Of a stretch of DNA of 64,000 nt, positions 61,250-64,000 are shown piece by piece (positions within the stretch are counted from its first letter, which is position 1; every line of letters begins with the position of its first letter). The notes under the pieces are model-generated. The model had not been told where the DNA came from, searched no databases, and worked only from the letters and a program-made list of their open reading frames with translations. This DNA comes from an uncultured Candidatus Saccharibacteria bacterium (GTDB lineage Bacteria > Patescibacteriota > Minisyncoccia > Phycocordibacterales > UBA5272). The stretch spans positions 25,893-89,892 of the forward strand of contig CAZFBW010000002.1 in NCBI GenBank assembly GCA_964517625.1, read 5' to 3'. Made by a program: the position numbers and the translations under genes.

Positions 61250-61528
61250 GCCAATGTAGCTCAGTTGGTAGAGCACGTCCATGGTAAATCGCATAGATTT
61301 TGCCCACACAGTCAGTAATGATTTTGTGAATCCCGAATAACGGTTAATAGCCAAACATAGGCCAAGACCGTGGCAGTGAGATGGTTTTATTTCACGGCCC
61401 GAACGACTGACAAGGGTATCCATTTTGTATGGATAAAGATACAGTCTAGCCCCCACATATGTGTTTTTAATAAATTGGGGTGAAAGCGAAGGACGAGGTC
61501 ATCGGTTCAATCCCGATCATTGGCTCCA
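61250..61528 (+). tRNA. tRNA-Thr (GGT), intron-containing; exons 61250-61285 and 61489-61528
   Basis: Joined exons give a 76-nt cloverleaf: GCCAATG/CATTGGC, CGTCC-ATGGTAA-GGACG, GGTTCAATCC, TCCA end. Confidence 0.93.
61286..61488 (+). ncRNA. group I self-splicing intron (203 nt, no ORF)
   Basis: 5' exon ends in U, intron ends in G; P4 ACGGTT/GACCGT, P5 GCC/GGC, P6a GTGAGAT/ATTTCAC, P7 GACTG/CAGTC, P8 TATCCA/TGGATA, J8/7 AAGATA, P9 GCCCC/GGGGT. Confidence 0.9.
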
Positions 61529-61627
61529 ATTTCTGTACCACATGCTTTAGTTGTTGTTTGGTTGACACCAGCTACGTATTTTTGTTAGTTTAAATGTAGA
61601 GCAATCAACCAAGAGAGGAAACTGGTT

Positions 61628-62449
61628 ATGACATCAATGCCCGTTCATTTTATCGTTGTTCGTCACGGCGAGTCCATCGGAAATGCCGCCAAGCGTCTTG
61701 AAGAAAAAGGTGATACGTCACTCATCGAACGTTTGAAAGGTACACACACTGCGCACTGGCCACTTACCAAGAAAGGGAGGGAGCAGGCGCAAAAGACGGG
61801 TGAGTATCTCAATCGTCTCATGCACGAAGGGGGCTTTCATTTCGATAGGCTGTATGTCTCGTCATATGCTCGCGCGCGACAGACCGCAGCTGCACTTGAA
61901 CTTGTACGTGCGCGATGGCGCGTGGATACGAGAATCACCGAGCGTGATTGGGGTATTCTTGATCGGATGACAGAAGAGGAACGTCACGAGAAATTCGGTG
62001 AAGACATTCGCATGCGACATGTCGAACCTTTTTTCTGGTGTCCACCACAAGGTGAATCGATGAATGCTGTTGTTCTTCGTGTTCGCGATTTCATTGATTC
62101 GGTACACCGTGCAAACATTCCGACAACCGTAGTTGTTGTTTGCCACGGTGAAGTTGCCAAGGCGTTTCGTATCAACTTCTGTCAGCTAACCCCGGAAGAG
62201 TATGCGGAAATGGAATTCTCAAAGAATCCACTCGAACGCATTCACAATTGCCAAGTGGACCACTATTCAAGAAGGGGTCCGCATGATGAACTTTCTACTC
62301 GACTTGATTGGTTGCGTGTTTGTCGTCCGTCTGAAGGGCAGGATGTGGCAATTGACTGGAAACCGATTCCAAGGCGTGAGTACACCAACCATGAGATTGC
62401 CATCATGGGCGATCGGCTCTCGCAACAATTTTCTGATATCGGTATTTAA
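61628..62449 (+). CDS. histidine phosphatase (phosphoglycerate mutase) family protein
   Basis: VVRHGES..N, PLT..G.EQA, SS..RA.QTA, ERDWG, PQGES, VCHG. Confidence 0.9.
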   Translation: MTSMPVHFIVVRHGESIGNAAKRLEEKGDTSLIERLKGTHTAHWPLTKKGREQAQKTGEYLNRLMHEGGFHFDRLYVSSYARARQTAAALELVRARWRVDTRITERDWGILDRMTEEERHEKFGEDIRMRHVEPFFWCPPQGESMNAVVLRVRDFIDSVHRANIPTTVVVVCHGEVAKAFRINFCQLTPEEYAEMEFSKNPLERIHNCQVDHYSRRGPHDELSTRLDWLRVCRPSEGQDVAIDWKPIPRREYTNHEIAIMGDRLSQQFSDIGI

Positions 62450-62600
62450 ATCACCTGTGAGCACAAACCCCGTCAAACGTTTGATCGTTTCGGGGCTTTT
62501 TCTTTTACACAAAACCGTAATTGACACCAACCTTTGTGTCGCGCAGTCTACAGAAAGAGTGTTTCATTTTTAAAGACCATTCAAAAATTAAGGAGAGGTC

Positions 62601-63062
62601 ATGAAACATATTTTCAAAACTTGTGTTCTTGCATTGTTGGCAATTGCCACACTTCCGCTGTATGGTCAGGTGTTATCAAAGAAAACGACTGCCATCATTC
62701 AATGCATGCTTGCTGACTCCTGTAAGATGCCAATCACACTTCTTTCCCCACAAGGGGGTGCGCCAACTATTATTCTCCCTGTTGCAATAAGTAATTACAA
62801 GGAGGACACTCTTGTGTTCACTAAAGGTTCATTTGCGGCGCGAGAGTACAACATTGAAGCAGGTCTTCTTTCGTTTGTCATTGATTATGATTTCGACGGC
62901 ACTATTGATGCGACACACATTATAGACACAGGAGGTAAAACACTTGCTTACTTTCCAGCAAAGTTGATGACACAGGAAGAGAGAGACGGTTTTCAGAAAT
63001 ATTTCGATATTTCTATCGGCAAAGCCCTCGGACTCATTGGTCCTGATGGAAAGCATACTTGA
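62601..63062 (+). CDS. secreted hypothetical protein (tandem paralog 1)
   Basis: AAGGAGAGG SD, signal peptide, DYDFDGTIDA motif. Confidence 0.7.
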   Translation: MKHIFKTCVLALLAIATLPLYGQVLSKKTTAIIQCMLADSCKMPITLLSPQGGAPTIILPVAISNYKEDTLVFTKGSFAAREYNIEAGLLSFVIDYDFDGTIDATHIIDTGGKTLAYFPAKLMTQEERDGFQKYFDISIGKALGLIGPDGKHT

Positions 63063-63078
63063 TAAAAAGGGGAGAACG

Positions 63079-63558
63079 ATGATCACGCACAGAATCATTG
63101 CATGGTCCTTAATTGTATTGATGCCTTTCTTTTTTATTGAGGGTGTTTACGCTGGACAACCATCTCATACACAGGAAGTTATTCGTTGCATGAGAGAGGT
63201 AACTTGCGGGAGTCCGATGCGTCACATTTCTTTTGACGATGATATTCGAGGCTTTCTTCTGTATGTTTCTTCGGATGTAAAAACGAAGGATGATGTCCTG
63301 CTCATCAACAATGAGTGGCTGGCCGTGAGGAGGGTTGTTGAAAACAATGGAGAGGACACTACACTTATTCTCGACTATAACCTCGACGGCGTAATCGATG
63401 CAGCACAGTTTGCTCAAGAGAAAAATCCACTTGTTTACAGAAGAAAATCAGAAAATATGTCGAAAAAAGAAAGAGAAGAACTTCAAAATTATTTCGACAG
63501 CGTTATCACCAGGGCATACCTTATTAAGGCTCTTAGCCCAAACATTAAAAAACCTTGA
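63079..63558 (+). CDS. secreted hypothetical protein (tandem paralog 2)
   Basis: AAGGGGAG SD before ATG 63079, signal peptide, DYNLDGVIDA motif. Confidence 0.7.
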   Translation: MITHRIIAWSLIVLMPFFFIEGVYAGQPSHTQEVIRCMREVTCGSPMRHISFDDDIRGFLLYVSSDVKTKDDVLLINNEWLAVRRVVENNGEDTTLILDYNLDGVIDAAQFAQEKNPLVYRRKSENMSKKEREELQNYFDSVITRAYLIKALSPNIKKP

Positions 63559-63651
63559 TGTGTAAAGATATATCACTACCCGCACAGTTTTGTGCGGGTT
63601 TTTTGTTTGCAAACAATGAGTACATGATATGCTAAAGAGATATTCATTTGT

Positions 63652-64000
63652 ATGCAACACGACTATAACAAAGAGGCACTAGACCTTCACAGAGAAAATC
63701 ACGGGAAAATAGAAATTGGCATTAAAGTTCCGCTTGCTAATCGCGACGACTTATCACGCGCGTATACGCCGGGAGTGGCGGAAGTTTGTCGAGAGATTGG
63801 AAAAGACAAATCACTTGCGTATGAGTACACCCTTAAAGCAAATACGGTTGCAATTGTAACTGACGGCTCGGCAATTTTAGGACTTGGAAATCTTGGTCCT
63901 GAAGCTGCGATTCCGGTTATGGAAGGAAAGGCAGCGATACTCAAAGCCTTTGCTGGTGTGGATGCGTTTCCAATTTGTTTAGACACACAAGACACAGAAG
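63652..64000 (+). CDS. NAD(P)-dependent malic enzyme, N-terminal part (truncated by window end)
   Basis: Manual translation: H.GKIEI..., DLSRAYTPGVAE, VAIVTDGSAILGLGNLGPEAAIPVMEGKA, FAGVDAFPICL. Confidence 0.92.
   Translation, partial: MQHDYNKEALDLHRENHGKIEIGIKVPLANRDDLSRAYTPGVAEVCREIGKDKSLAYEYTLKANTVAIVTDGSAILGLGNLGPEAAIPVMEGKAAILKAFAGVDAFPICLDTQDTE

Noticed and set aside
61088-61456. 122-aa minus-strand ORF across the intron as a possible intron-encoded protein
   Set aside because: Antisense to the tRNA, the intron core and the upstream CDS; no recognisable motif
61250-61528. Reading the split tRNA as attL/attR of an island or as an archaeal BHB intron
   Set aside because: No tRNA segment is duplicated beyond 2 nt, and the insert has a group I core with U|...G| boundaries

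Overview
Bacterial chromosome segment with no evidence of a non-standard genetic code. Gene content and architecture point to a Patescibacteria/CPR (Parcubacteria-like) genome; this is inference. Core genes include gyrA, glyQS, rpmG, ligA, gatCA, leuS, mnmA, trhO, uppP, a short smc, rnr, rpsP-khpA-trmD and a pentose-phosphate/glycolysis cluster. There is a type IV pilus cluster (comF, pilMNO, pilB/T/C, five pilins, pilD), four VirB2/TrbC-like pilin genes, a ZIP/Fur-family/YibE-F metal locus with a predicted operator, and five tRNAs. The strongest unexpected signals are: (1) tRNA-Thr(GGU) interrupted at 36/37 by a 203-nt group I intron, directly downstream of a free-standing HTH+LAGLIDADG-like ORF whose 3' end carries the predicted tRNA promoter; (2) three ~125-bp GTAC-core hairpin elements whose outer arms differ between copies and overlap the upstream gene end, plus an analogous element duplicating the tRNA-Trp 3' end; (3) a membrane protein joining Ca-binding DxDGDG repeats to an RxxxxH (HEPN-like) domain; (4) apparently leaderless core genes contrasting with ORFan cassettes that carry Shine-Dalgarno motifs. 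No CRISPR array, prophage, integrase or transposase was recognised. All protein calls come from motif recognition by eye; no database searches were run.
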